A stretch of DNA of 64,000 bases from Candidatus Acidiferrum sp. (GTDB taxonomy: Bacteria > Verrucomicrobiota > Verrucomicrobiia > Limisphaerales > UBA11358). The DNA lies in assembly GCA_035506715.1 (NCBI GenBank), contig DATJOW010000144.1, positions 4,560 through 68,559 of the forward strand. Direction: 5' to 3'. Shown one piece after another: positions 55,027 through 63,223 of this stretch. The translations under genes were made by a program, and so were the position numbers. The notes below the pieces were generated by a model. The model was not told the DNA's origin. It ran no database searches and saw only the letters and a list, made by a program, of their open reading frames with translations. Within the stretch, counting starts at the first letter, position 1; the number at the start of each line of letters is the position of its first letter.

Positions 55027-56094
55027 TCACTCCACCCGCGCCTTGCCCCTGCCTTTGACCACTTCCCCAATCAGCCAAGCCTTGTGCTTTTGAGCGCGGA
55101 TGAATTTCAGGATGGCATCCGCCTGACTCGCCGACACGATGGCGACCATGCCGATGCCCATGTTGAATACCTGGTAAAGCTCGGCGTCCGGCACGCGGCC
55201 TTTGGCCTCAATCAATTTGAAAATCGGCAGCATGTCCCATGAACCTTTCCGGATTACCACGTCGCAATTCTTTGGCAGCACGCGCGGAATGTTGTCCACG
55301 AACCCGCCTCCCGTAATGTGGGCGAAGGCTTTGATTGGATGTTGGGCGTTGAACGTTGAATGTTGAATGTTGAACTTTTTCAACAAGGCCTGCACGAGCG
55401 GGCCGTAGCTGACGTGGACTTTCAACAACTCTTTGCCAATTGTGCCTTTCAATCCCGGCACGCGGCTGGCCGGCTTCAACCGCATCTGCTCGAAGAAAAT
55501 TTTCCGCGCCAGCGAATAGCCGTTCGTGTGGAGGCCGCTTGACGCGATGCCGAGTACGGCGTCTCCTGCCCTCACGGTTTTCTGGCCGTTGAGCATCGTT
55601 GATTTTTCGACGATGCCGACAATCGTGCCGCTGACGTCGTATTCGCCTTTCTGGTAAAAGCCGGGCATCTGGGCGGTCTCGCCGCCGATGAGCGCGCAAC
55701 GATTCTCCGCGCAGGCGCGGGCGAAGCCGCGAATGATTTCGGTGAAGACGTGCGGCTCAAGCTTGCCGGCCCCGAGGTAATCCAGGAAAAACAGCGGCTC
55801 GGCACCCAGCACGGCAATGTCGTTGACGCAATGGTTCACGAGGTCGGCGCCGATGGTGTCGTGCCGGCCCATGGCAAAGGCGATTTTGAGCTTGGTGCCG
55901 ACGCCGTCCACAGACGACACGAGCACCGGCTCGCGGTATTTCTTGAGGTCGAGCGCGAACAGGCCGCCGAAGCCGCCGACCTTGCCGAGCACCTCGCGGC
56001 GGTGCGTGGAGGCGAGCAATTGCGGCAGGGTGGCTTTGACTTGGTTGCCCAGAGCAATGTCCACGCCGGCGGCGGCGTAAGCCTTTGGTTTCAT
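55027..56094 (-). CDS. purM: Phosphoribosylformylglycinamidine cyclo-ligase (AIR synthetase)
   Basis: Motifs: YAAAGVDIALGNQ, GGFGGLF, SVDGVGTKLK, GGETAQMPG, AHITGGGFVDNIPRVLP, FNMGIGMV. Confidence 0.95.
   Translation of the reverse strand: MKPKAYAAAGVDIALGNQVKATLPQLLASTHRREVLGKVGGFGGLFALDLKKYREPVLVSSVDGVGTKLKIAFAMGRHDTIGADLVNHCVNDIAVLGAEPLFFLDYLGAGKLEPHVFTEIIRGFARACAENRCALIGGETAQMPGFYQKGEYDVSGTIVGIVEKSTMLNGQKTVRAGDAVLGIASSGLHTNGYSLARKIFFEQMRLKPASRVPGLKGTIGKELLKVHVSYGPLVQALLKKFNIQHSTFNAQHPIKAFAHITGGGFVDNIPRVLPKNCDVVIRKGSWDMLPIFKLIEAKGRVPDAELYQVFNMGIGMVAIVSASQADAILKFIRAQKHKAWLIGEVVKGRGKARVE
55333..55374. repeat. Six tandem heptamers (TTCAACA-type on the coding strand) lying in frame inside purM
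   Basis: The minus strand reads TTCAACA TTCAACA TTCAACG TTCAACG CCCAACA TCCAATC, which is 42 nt or 14 codons (FNIQHSTFNAQHPI). It shares TTCAACGCCCAACAT with 61804-61818 and CCCAACATCCAA with 54902-54913. Confidence 0.7.
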
Positions 56095-56150
56095 GCGGCG
56101 GGGATTTAACCGGGAAAGGGAAATGCGGGCGAGAATATTCGTTTAACCCG

Positions 56151-56285
56151 CTATTGGTGCTTTATTGGTTCTAATGCGAACAGCTTTTCGCACGTCGGAC
56201 ATGGAACCGTCTGTCCCGTTCCTTCCGACGGATATTCAATCGGCTGGCCGCAGTTCGGGCACTCGCATTTGAGAAATACCGCCAT
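56151..56285 (-). CDS. Small zinc-ribbon protein (44 aa), not in the ORF track
   Basis: My own translation is MAVFLKCECPNCGQPIEYPSEGTGQTVPCPTCEKLFALEPIKHQ*. It has two CxxC pairs and ends 56 nt upstream of purM on the same strand. Confidence 0.45.
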   Translation of the reverse strand: MAVFLKCECPNCGQPIEYPSEGTGQTVPCPTCEKLFALEPIKHQ

Positions 56286-56641
56286 TTTATAGCGCCATAG
56301 GCGCGACATCTTTGTAGTCTGCCATCCAAATCAATTCAAGCTCCGTCAGGAGCGGCACATTCTACTCGATTTCCAGACGATGCCGCTCCTAGCGGAGCTT
56401 GGCTGGAATTGGAACGACGGAACTACAGAGATGCCAGCCCTGACGGGCCTTTGTCCAAAAGCTTGGGGAAATTTGGACTGCGGTGGCAAGTGAAGCGCGA
56501 CACCGCTTTGGAATACAGCGGATCAATTGCATAATTAGCCACCACAAAAGCGCCGTCGCCGCTCCGCTTTGCCGGCGCACTCCAAAACCCAGTGAAACGA
56601 AATCGAATTGCGCTTGGGCGGGGTTGCGGCAGAATAGCCGG
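56286..56641. repeat. Repeat/hairpin-dense non-coding region upstream of apgM
   Basis: AAGCTCCGTCAGGAGCGGCA (56338-56357) pairs with TGCCGCTCCTAGCGGAGCTT (56381-56400) at 18 of 20 positions. GCGCC-ata-GGCGC lies at 56292-56304. Further GC-rich palindromic pieces are present. Track ORFs here look like repeat translations. Confidence 0.55.
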
Positions 56642-57865
56642 ATGAATTTAGACGCCCTTTATTCCGAATTGACGCTCAAAACCAATGCCAAGCTCGCGTT
56701 GCTCGTGATGGACGGGCTGGGCGATATCGCCACCAAGGAACAGAATTATCTCACGCCGCTCGAAGCGGCGGCTACGCCGAATCTCGATAAACTTTCGAAG
56801 GATTCCGCACAGGGCCGGATGATTCCCGCCGCGCCGGGCATCACTCCCGGCAGCGGGCCGGGCCACCTCGGCCTGTTCGGCTATGACCCGCTGGAATTCC
56901 AGGTCGGACGCGGCGTCATCGAGGCGCTCGGCCTCGGCGTGGAGCTCCAGCCCGGCGATGTCTGCGCCCGTGCCAATTTTGCCACGCTCGACGCCAAGGG
57001 CGTCGTCACCGACCGCCGCGCCGGACGCATCCCGACCGAAACCTGTGAGAAACTGTGCAGAATGCTGTCCGCCAAAATCAAAAAAATCGGCGACACCCAG
57101 ATCATCATCCAGCCCGGCAAGGAGCATCGTTTTGTGGTCGTCTTCCGGGGCCCGGGTTTGGAGGGCCCGCTCACGGACGCCGACCCGAACCGCGAGGGTT
57201 TTGCCATCCCGACCGTCCATCCGCGCGATGATAACAATGCCGGACAAAGGAAAATGGCCGGGCTCATCGCCGAATTTTACAAGGCAGCTCTGCCGGTCAT
57301 CGCCAAGGAAAAGCCGGCCAACGGTTTACTCATGCGCGGGATTGCGCATCAGCCGCACATCCCGCTGTTCGAGGAACGCTACCAATTGAAGCCCGCCTGC
57401 CTGGCGGTTTATCCGATGTACAAGGGCCTGGCGCAGCTCGTGGGCATGAAAAAAATCGAAGGTCCGGCCACCATTGCCGAGCAATTCGAGCGTTATGTGA
57501 AGGAATACAACAACTTCGATTTCTTTTTCATCCATTACAAGTACACGGACAAGTACGGCGAGGACGGCAACTTTGCGGCGAAGAAGAAGGCGATCGAGGA
57601 TTTCGATGCCGCGCTGCCGATTTTGCTGAAGAAGAGGCCGGACGTGCTGGCCATCACCGGCGACCACTCGACACCGTGCGCGGTCAAGGGCCATTCGTGG
57701 CATCCGCAACCGCTGCTGCTCCACTCGGCCGTGAGCGGCTCGGACAAGCTGGAACGATTCACCGAAACCGGCGCCAACCAGGGCTCGCTCGGCGTGTTCG
57801 CGTCGAAATATCTCATCCGCCTGATGCAGGCGAACGCGCGGATGTTCGACAAATTTGGCGCATGA
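56642..57865 (+). CDS. apgM: Cofactor-independent phosphoglycerate mutase, archaeal ApgM type (family also proposed as a non-canonical homoserine kinase)
   Basis: ATG 56642 gives MNLDALYSE...LALLVMDGLGD. Other motifs: TPNLDKL, PGSGPGHLGLFGYDP, DRRAGRI, ITGDHSTP. Confidence 0.8.
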   Translation: MNLDALYSELTLKTNAKLALLVMDGLGDIATKEQNYLTPLEAAATPNLDKLSKDSAQGRMIPAAPGITPGSGPGHLGLFGYDPLEFQVGRGVIEALGLGVELQPGDVCARANFATLDAKGVVTDRRAGRIPTETCEKLCRMLSAKIKKIGDTQIIIQPGKEHRFVVVFRGPGLEGPLTDADPNREGFAIPTVHPRDDNNAGQRKMAGLIAEFYKAALPVIAKEKPANGLLMRGIAHQPHIPLFEERYQLKPACLAVYPMYKGLAQLVGMKKIEGPATIAEQFERYVKEYNNFDFFFIHYKYTDKYGEDGNFAAKKKAIEDFDAALPILLKKRPDVLAITGDHSTPCAVKGHSWHPQPLLLHSAVSGSDKLERFTETGANQGSLGVFASKYLIRLMQANARMFDKFGA

Positions 57866-57868
57866 CAA

Positions 57869-57938
57869 TCCTCCTCATCCTCGATCTCATTCTCATCCTC
57901 GCACTGGATGAATGAGGATGAGGATGACGAAGAGGAAG
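57869..57938. repeat. Imperfect hairpin made of hexamer-period units (CCTCAT / ATGAGG) after apgM; candidate terminator
   Basis: The left arm TCCTCCTCATCCTCGATCTCATTCTCATCCTCG faces GGATGAATGAGGATGAGGATGACGAAGAGGAAG. About 20 bp are pairable, with bulges. Confidence 0.5.
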
Positions 57939-57949
57939 ATTAAATTTTA

Positions 57950-58546
57950 ATGAACCTGCCCAACAAGCTGACGGTGTCGCGCTTTGTGCTGACGGCACTG
58001 TTCTTGTGGGCTCTGTTCTCGCCGCTGCGGTTCAACGACACACTGGCCCTGATTTTTTTCTGCGTGGCGAGCATCACCGATTACTTGGATGGAAGCATCT
58101 CGCGCCGGCGGGGGTTGGTCACCAACTTCGGCGTCCTGATGGATCCGCTGGCGGATAAGGTGTTGGTCTGCTCCGCGTTTATCGCGTTTGTGGAAAGCAC
58201 GCACCTGAATCCGGCGGCGCCGGTCAAGGTCGCGGCATGGATGGTCATTATTATTGTCGCGCGCGAGCTGGCCATCACCGGCATGCGCCTGCTGGCGGCG
58301 TCAAAAAAAATTGTTCTGGCGGCGGAAAACCTCGGCAAAATCAAGACGATCCTCCAGATCGTCACCATCATCGCGCTGCTCATCACCGATGCGGTTAACG
58401 AATGGGTGCCGTGGTTGCAAAACCTTTTCCAGCCGTGGGTGGCCGGTTTCGCGCGAATTTGCCTGTGGCTGACGGTGGCGCTGACGGCGGTGTCGGGCCT
58501 GGTATATCTGTGGCGCAACCGCGGAATCTATCTGAGCGACGCCTGA
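57950..58546 (+). CDS. pgsA: CDP-diacylglycerol--glycerol-3-phosphate 3-phosphatidyltransferase
   Basis: MNLPNKLTVSRF is followed by the CDP-alcohol phosphatidyltransferase motif ITDYLDGSISRRRGLVTNFGVLMDPLADKV. Confidence 0.9.
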   Translation: MNLPNKLTVSRFVLTALFLWALFSPLRFNDTLALIFFCVASITDYLDGSISRRRGLVTNFGVLMDPLADKVLVCSAFIAFVESTHLNPAAPVKVAAWMVIIIVARELAITGMRLLAASKKIVLAAENLGKIKTILQIVTIIALLITDAVNEWVPWLQNLFQPWVAGFARICLWLTVALTAVSGLVYLWRNRGIYLSDA

Positions 58547-58552
58547 AAACAA

Positions 58553-58643
58553 AGGTAGAAGGCAGAGTGCGGAATGCGGAATGAAAACGTGAATTTTGCC
58601 TGAGGTTGATTTCTACCTTCTGCCTTCTTCCTTCTGCATTCGT
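58553..58643. repeat. Heptamer-period repeat block between convergent pgsA and the RodZ-like gene
   Basis: GGTAGAA GGCAGAG TGCGGAA TGCGGAA TGAAAAC ... TTCTACC TTCTGCC TTCTTCC TTCTGCA TTCGTTT. Units in the right block are reverse complements of left-block units. A 10-bp stem is possible (58557-58566 with 58619-58628). Confidence 0.6.
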
Positions 58644-59126
58644 TTAGCGGTGCGCCGCGAGCGGCAGCGTCTGGCCGGCGTTGGCCGATTGATAAACCGC
58701 CGGCTGCAATCCCGCCAGCGGGTCACTGTGCTTGTGGTGGCGGCCAACGAAGAGGATGGCCAGCGCCACCGCCAAAACTGCGGTGCCGGCCACCCCGATC
58801 TTCCAGTTCAATTTTGAGAGTTGAAACATCAGGCGATCAACCGGCGTGTTGGACACTTCCGTCAGCGGCGGCGGCTCGCTGAATTTTTCCGTGCGGCCCA
58901 GCTCGGCTTCGAGCGCCGCCATGATTTGCGGCACAGCGAGCTTGAGCACCGTGGCGTAATTTTTCACCGAGCCGCGGATGTAAATCGGCGCTGAAAACAC
59001 ATTGAAATTCCCCTCCTCCAGTGCGCGGAGGAGGTCGGTGCGGATTTTCGTGGCATCCGCCACCTGCTGGACCGTGAGTTTTTGGGATTCGCGGGCGGCA
59101 CGAAGTTGTTCAGCGACCGTTGGCAT
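58644..59126 (-). CDS. RodZ-like helix-turn-helix membrane protein
   Basis: ATG 59126 gives MPTVAEQLRAARESQKLTVQQVADATKIRTDLLRALEEGNF..., an HTH_25/RodZ-type N-terminus. One TM helix follows (IGVAGTAVLAVALAILFVG). Confidence 0.7.
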   Translation of the reverse strand: MPTVAEQLRAARESQKLTVQQVADATKIRTDLLRALEEGNFNVFSAPIYIRGSVKNYATVLKLAVPQIMAALEAELGRTEKFSEPPPLTEVSNTPVDRLMFQLSKLNWKIGVAGTAVLAVALAILFVGRHHKHSDPLAGLQPAVYQSANAGQTLPLAAHR

Positions 59127-59218
59127 AATTTGATTTTTCAATGGTTTGGGGCAATTAAGCAATCCAAAAAGCACGAAACAAGCCAGTTTCTTTGGTCTTC
59201 AACGGATTTCCATATCGG

Positions 59219-59228
59219 TTGAACCTTT
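59219..59228 (+). promoter_or_regulatory. Candidate ECF-type -35 box TTGAACCTTT upstream of the sigma gene at 59258
   Basis: An identical 10-mer lies at 61940-61949 upstream of the second cassette. The boxes are 39 and 37 nt from the respective ATGs, and GAAC is the classical ECF -35 core. Confidence 0.4.
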
Positions 59229-59257
59229 TCTCGCCTCCGGCATTCTTCCGGGTGTAA

Positions 59258-59821
59258 ATGCTGGTGGTGGCTGAACGCGAACATCTGCCCGTGCCACAAG
59301 CCAAAGCCGGGGTACCGGAGGCTTGGGACACCCTCTTCCGCCGCTACCAACTGCCGCTCTACGTTTATGTTTTTGAACTGGTGCATGACGAACAGGCGAG
59401 CCTCGATCTGGTGCAGGAAACGTTTATTGCCGCCGTCCGGCACATCGGCAGTCTGCGCGACGACGCGAAATTCGGGAGCTGGCTCTTCGGCATCGCGCAC
59501 CAGAAATGCATTCAGCGGTGGCGGAAGCAGGACCGCGAAGACATGTTGCGCGCGGAAATATCCGACGAAGCTGTACGATCGGCAGACAGTCCCGACGAAC
59601 TGCTGCTGCGACGGGAACAAGAAGATGAATTCATGCAATCGTTGAACCAGCTATCGCTACCGCAACGCTCGGTGCTGCTGTTGCATTATGTCGAGGAATT
59701 CTCGCTCGAAGACATCGCCGATATCACCGAAACGCCGGTCGGCACGGTCAAGTCCCGGCTGCATTACGCCAAAACAGCGCTTCGGAAGTTGATGGAGGAG
59801 AAATATGAAAACCCCGCGTGA
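59258..59821 (+). CDS. ECF sigma-70 family sigma factor
   Basis: Motifs: WDTLFRRYQLPLYVYVFELV, DLVQETFIAAVRHI, and the region-4 HTH LPQRSVLLLHYVEEFSLEDIADITETPVGTVKSRLHYAKTALRKL. Confidence 0.9.
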   Translation: MLVVAEREHLPVPQAKAGVPEAWDTLFRRYQLPLYVYVFELVHDEQASLDLVQETFIAAVRHIGSLRDDAKFGSWLFGIAHQKCIQRWRKQDREDMLRAEISDEAVRSADSPDELLLRREQEDEFMQSLNQLSLPQRSVLLLHYVEEFSLEDIADITETPVGTVKSRLHYAKTALRKLMEEKYENPA

Positions 59822-60257
59822 AATTTTATTGGATCGGCACCGCGCCGCCGAGCCGAAGCTGGAGGCAATCCGGCGCGAAGTCGTGGCTGCGGAATTCCAT
59901 GGTCCAGGACGGGTTTCGAGCGTGTCCCCATCTGAAAGCCTGAAGACACCAGAGACAGGCAAGATGCCTGTCCTGCTCTTGATCTGGCGCGAAGTGATCT
60001 GGCCGTGCCGCCGGATCTGGACCGGGCTGGCGGCAGTCTGGTTGTTGATCCTGGCCGTGAATCTTTCCATGCGCGATCCGGTGAGCAACATCACGGGAAA
60101 ACCGGTCCGTTCAGGCGCCGTGATGATCAGCTGGCAAACCCAGCAACGCTGGATGAGCGAATTGCTGACGGAGCGTCCAATGCCACCGGAGGCCGACCGC
60201 CCCCGAAACGTTGTCCCCGGCCCGCGCACGGAAAGTTCTGCTCCAACTGCGGTTTGA
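59805..60257 (+). CDS. Putative anti-sigma-like single-pass membrane protein (no zf-HC2 motif)
   Basis: It overlaps the sigma gene by 17 nt. The TM region VIWPCRRIWTGLAAVWLLILAVNLS and the C-terminal PGPRTES are homologous to the zf-HC2 anti-sigma at 62597..63166. Confidence 0.65.
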   Translation: MKTPREILLDRHRAAEPKLEAIRREVVAAEFHGPGRVSSVSPSESLKTPETGKMPVLLLIWREVIWPCRRIWTGLAAVWLLILAVNLSMRDPVSNITGKPVRSGAVMISWQTQQRWMSELLTERPMPPEADRPRNVVPGPRTESSAPTAV

Positions 60258-60259
60258 CT

Positions 60260-61792
60260 ATGAATGATCGACCTGAAAAAAAATGGCGCTGGCGGCTGAT
60301 GCGCTGGGGATTACTCGGGCTGGCTATTCTGGCAACTCTGATTGCCGTTTTGATCACCGAAGAAAACTGGCGCGGCAAGCGCGATTGGGAAGCCTACAAA
60401 CGCGAGGCCGAGGCGCGTGGCGAGCGGTTTGACTGGCTGGCGTTCGCGCCAACCAACATTCCCGAGGACCAGAATTTTGTAAAGGCGCCGGTCTTTTCCA
60501 ATCTCTGGGCCATGGAATGGGACGCGCAAGCGCAGGATTGGAAATCCAATACCTCCAATACAGCGGATCGTCTCAGAATGTTTCCCTATCGCCACGACGG
60601 TGGTTGGCCAACCAATGTTGACGGAGCGTGGGACCGCGGACGTTTGAGCCGACTGGAAGGCTGGCAGGATTATTACCGCAGCGGTGCGACCAACGGCGTC
60701 GGTGAATTTCCGGTTGCGTCGCAGCCGCAGTCTCCCGCCGCGGATGTGTTGCTGGCGCTGAGCAAATTTGCGCCGGCCATCGAGGAGTTGCGCGCCGCGA
60801 GCCAGCGACCCTGTTCCCGATTCGGGGTCTTTTCCGCCGATGACACGCAAGGATTCGGTCTGTTGACGCAATATCTGGTCAGACTGAAAGGCTGTGCCCA
60901 GGTCCTGCAGTTGCGCGCCATCGCCGAGTTGAACGACAACCAGAGCACGCAGGCGCTCGACGATATCCGGCTGCTTCTGCGCCTCGGCGACCTGTTGCGG
61001 CAGGAGCCGTTGCTGATCGAGCATCTCGTTGGCATCGCCATCACGGCCATCACCCTCCAGCCGATTTACGAGGGCCTGGCACAGCATCGCTGGAATGACG
61101 CCCAGCTCGCCGAACTCGAACGGATGCTCGCTGCGGAGGATTTTCTGGCCGATTGCCGGCGCGCCTTGGGAGGAGAACGGACGTTCGCGATTGATTTCTT
61201 CGAAAATGAAAGAATCAGCGGCGAATACAAAACGGTGGAGGTCATCAATGGCAAACCAAAAGCCGTCACGATCAGCATGCGCCTGATGCCCAGCGCCTTT
61301 TTTTATCAAAACGAACTCGCGTGTGCGCGGGGGATCGACCAATCCCTTTTGCCGCTGGTTGACTTGACCAATCGGATGGTTTCCCCGACCGCGGTTCGCC
61401 GGACCGAAGCCGAGTTGAAACGCGAGGCGCAGCATTTTTCGCCCTACAAAATTCAAACCTTCTTAACCCTGCCGGCCGTAATCCAGAGCATAATGAAATT
61501 CGCCTACATCCAGTCCGGTGTGGATCTGGCCCGGGTGGGCTGCGCGCTGGAACGCTATCATCTCGCGCACGGTGAATATCCCGAGACGCTTGATGCGCTG
61601 GCGCCGCAGTTCATCGAGAAACTGCCGCATGACCTTATCAACGGCCAGCCGTTGCACTATTGGCGCACCGAAGATGGCAAATTCGTGCTGTACTCCGTTG
61701 GCTGGAACGAGACCGACGACGGCGGCACCGTCGTTCTGACCAAGTCGGGGATAGTGGGTCGTGAAAACGGCGATTGGGTTTGGAAGTATTAA
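60260..61792 (+). CDS. Membrane-anchored protein of unknown function with an N-terminal TEENWRG module and a GspG-like C-terminal motif
   Basis: ATG 60260 lies 2 nt after the upstream stop. It has the TM helix LLGLAILATLIAVLI, then TEENWRGKRDWEAYKREAEARGERFDWLAFAPTNIPEDQNF. The C-terminus LERYHLAHGEYPETLDALAPQFIEKLPHDLINGQPLHY...FVLYSVGWNETDDGG resembles the pseudopilin G fold pattern. Confidence 0.7.
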   Translation: MNDRPEKKWRWRLMRWGLLGLAILATLIAVLITEENWRGKRDWEAYKREAEARGERFDWLAFAPTNIPEDQNFVKAPVFSNLWAMEWDAQAQDWKSNTSNTADRLRMFPYRHDGGWPTNVDGAWDRGRLSRLEGWQDYYRSGATNGVGEFPVASQPQSPAADVLLALSKFAPAIEELRAASQRPCSRFGVFSADDTQGFGLLTQYLVRLKGCAQVLQLRAIAELNDNQSTQALDDIRLLLRLGDLLRQEPLLIEHLVGIAITAITLQPIYEGLAQHRWNDAQLAELERMLAAEDFLADCRRALGGERTFAIDFFENERISGEYKTVEVINGKPKAVTISMRLMPSAFFYQNELACARGIDQSLLPLVDLTNRMVSPTAVRRTEAELKREAQHFSPYKIQTFLTLPAVIQSIMKFAYIQSGVDLARVGCALERYHLAHGEYPETLDALAPQFIEKLPHDLINGQPLHYWRTEDGKFVLYSVGWNETDDGGTVVLTKSGIVGRENGDWVWKY

Positions 61793-61797
61793 TTGGA

Positions 61798-61898
61798 GAA
61801 CATTCAACGCCCAACATTCAACGTCGAATATTCAATGTGCGATTCAGGGCGGCGATACTTGGGTGTTGGAAGTTGAATGTTGAGCGGTGAGTGTTTTT
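61798..61898 (+). terminator. Heptamer-period hairpin (TTCAAC-type) followed by a T-run, after the 60260..61792 gene
   Basis: The left arm ACATTCAACGCCCAACATTCAACGTCGAATATTCAA faces the right arm GGTGTTGGAAGTTGAATGTTGAGCGG (CAACATTCAAC pairs with GTTGAATGTTG). GTGTTTTTCC follows. Confidence 0.55.
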
Positions 61899-61939
61899 CC
61901 AACTGCCACGCTGGACAGCCCCAGCTCCACAAAAATTGT

Positions 61940-61972
61940 TTGAACCTTTCCATCGGCAGCGGGGATTAATAG
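61940..61972 (+). promoter_or_regulatory. Candidate promoter of the second-cassette sigma gene (TTGAACCTTT ... TAATAG)
   Basis: It has the same 10-mer as 59219-59228. TAATAG (61967-61972) ends 4 nt before ATG 61977. Confidence 0.4.
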
Positions 61973-61976
61973 GCAG

Positions 61977-62600
61977 ATGGTCATTACGGACGACCACCTT
62001 AAGCTGTCAACCGCACGGGAACTGCTCGCACGCGCACGCGCTAGAGACGCCCGGTCGTTTTGCCTGTTAATTGAACCGCTCCAGGCCCGCCTGCTGCGAC
62101 AGGCCGTCGCCCTGGCAGGCGATTTAAGCGCGGCGGATGACTTGGTTTCCGAAACCCTGGTCGAAGCCTGGAAAAGCCTGCCGCGCTACAACGAGACTTG
62201 CCGGCTGTCCACCTGGCTCTACGCCATCCTGCTGCATCGCCACCGGAAATCCATCCGTTGCGCCCGATCCCGCCCGGTTGCGCTGGCCGGGTTGCCCTTG
62301 CTCGAAGCTCAAGAACTTCACGAGCAACAGGCAAACCTGCCCGCCGCGGAACTCTCGCCGGCGGAAGCCGCGGCGCAATACGAAACGTTCACCCGATTGA
62401 ACCGGTGCGTTAAGCTGCTGCCGGACAAGCATCGCGAGGTCATCCGGCTGCGGTTTTTCGAGGACGCGTCGCTGCCGGATATGGCCGCCGTGCTGGGCTG
62501 TTCAGTGGGAACGGTGAAATCCCGCCTGCATCATGCCCTGGGAAAATTGCGTAAAATGAAAATGAACCTTCCCCCCTTGGCCGGGGATAAACAGATATGA
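61977..62600 (+). CDS. ECF sigma-70 family sigma factor
   Basis: Motifs: DLVSETLVEAWKSL, STWLYAILLHRH, and the region-4 HTH LPDKHREVIRLRFFEDASLPDMAAVLGCSVGTVKSRLHHALGKLRK. Confidence 0.9.
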   Translation: MVITDDHLKLSTARELLARARARDARSFCLLIEPLQARLLRQAVALAGDLSAADDLVSETLVEAWKSLPRYNETCRLSTWLYAILLHRHRKSIRCARSRPVALAGLPLLEAQELHEQQANLPAAELSPAEAAAQYETFTRLNRCVKLLPDKHREVIRLRFFEDASLPDMAAVLGCSVGTVKSRLHHALGKLRKMKMNLPPLAGDKQI

Positions 62601-63166
62601 GGCTTTTGTTGAATTCATGCCGAAGCTATCGCCGGGATATTTGCCTTCTGGCCGGCGGCGCGCTGTCGGAACCGGAGAAGGCCGCAGTCGAAAACCACCT
62701 GGCAACCTGCGTGGATTGCCAGAAGTATGGCGACGCACTAAGGGCCGTGACGGTGCCGCTCAACAACTGGGAAGACAATTTCAGGCACATCCAGCCCGAA
62801 CCCGCTGTTCAGCGGCAGTGGGCCCGGGCGATCCTGGCAGCCGCCCGGCCGGAGCCGGTTCGCCGGCCCGCCGCAACGATGGCCTTCTGCGATTGGTGGC
62901 AGGACGTAATCTGGTCGTCGCGCCGCGTTTGGACGGGTCTGGCAGCAGTCTGGGTGGTCCTGCTCATGGTAAGTCTTTCGGAGCGCGAGCATTCTCCGGC
63001 CATCGCCAAATCCATGCCGTCAACGGCAATCATTGTGGCGTTCAAAGACCAGCAAAAGTTGTTGGCGGAATTACTGGGCGACTACGCCGCGCCGCCAGAC
63101 GTTGACCGGCAAAAGATTTCTTTGCCGAAACCGCGCACCGAAAGTGCAGTCGAATTGAAAGTGTAA
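62597..63166 (+). CDS. Anti-sigma factor, zf-HC2 type, single-pass membrane protein
   Basis: It has an ATGA overlap with the sigma gene. The HLATCVDCQ zinc-finger motif is present, followed by the TM region VIWSSRRVWTGLAAVWVVLLMVSLS. Confidence 0.8.
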   Translation: MRLLLNSCRSYRRDICLLAGGALSEPEKAAVENHLATCVDCQKYGDALRAVTVPLNNWEDNFRHIQPEPAVQRQWARAILAAARPEPVRRPAATMAFCDWWQDVIWSSRRVWTGLAAVWVVLLMVSLSEREHSPAIAKSMPSTAIIVAFKDQQKLLAELLGDYAAPPDVDRQKISLPKPRTESAVELKV

Positions 63167-63223
63167 TGTCGGCATCAGTCCGGCCTGACTGTGGCAAGCC
63201 CAATGCTGGACGGAGAAGTTTTT

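Noticed and set aside
54620-55093. ORFs 54620..55093(+) and 54885..55070(-) spanning the cydB/purM intergenic region.
   Set aside because: The first is out of frame within the cydB 3' end, and both then run through the CCAA-rich repeat hairpin. The peptides mirror the repeat units, so I treated the region as a non-coding repeat or terminator.
56389-56641. The antisense 63-aa ORF 56389..56580 and the 53-codon N-terminal extension of the apgM ORF (track start 56483).
   Set aside because: The sequence is built of inverted repeats and GC palindromes. The ApgM homology, as I recognise it, begins at MNLDALYSE (ATG 56642).
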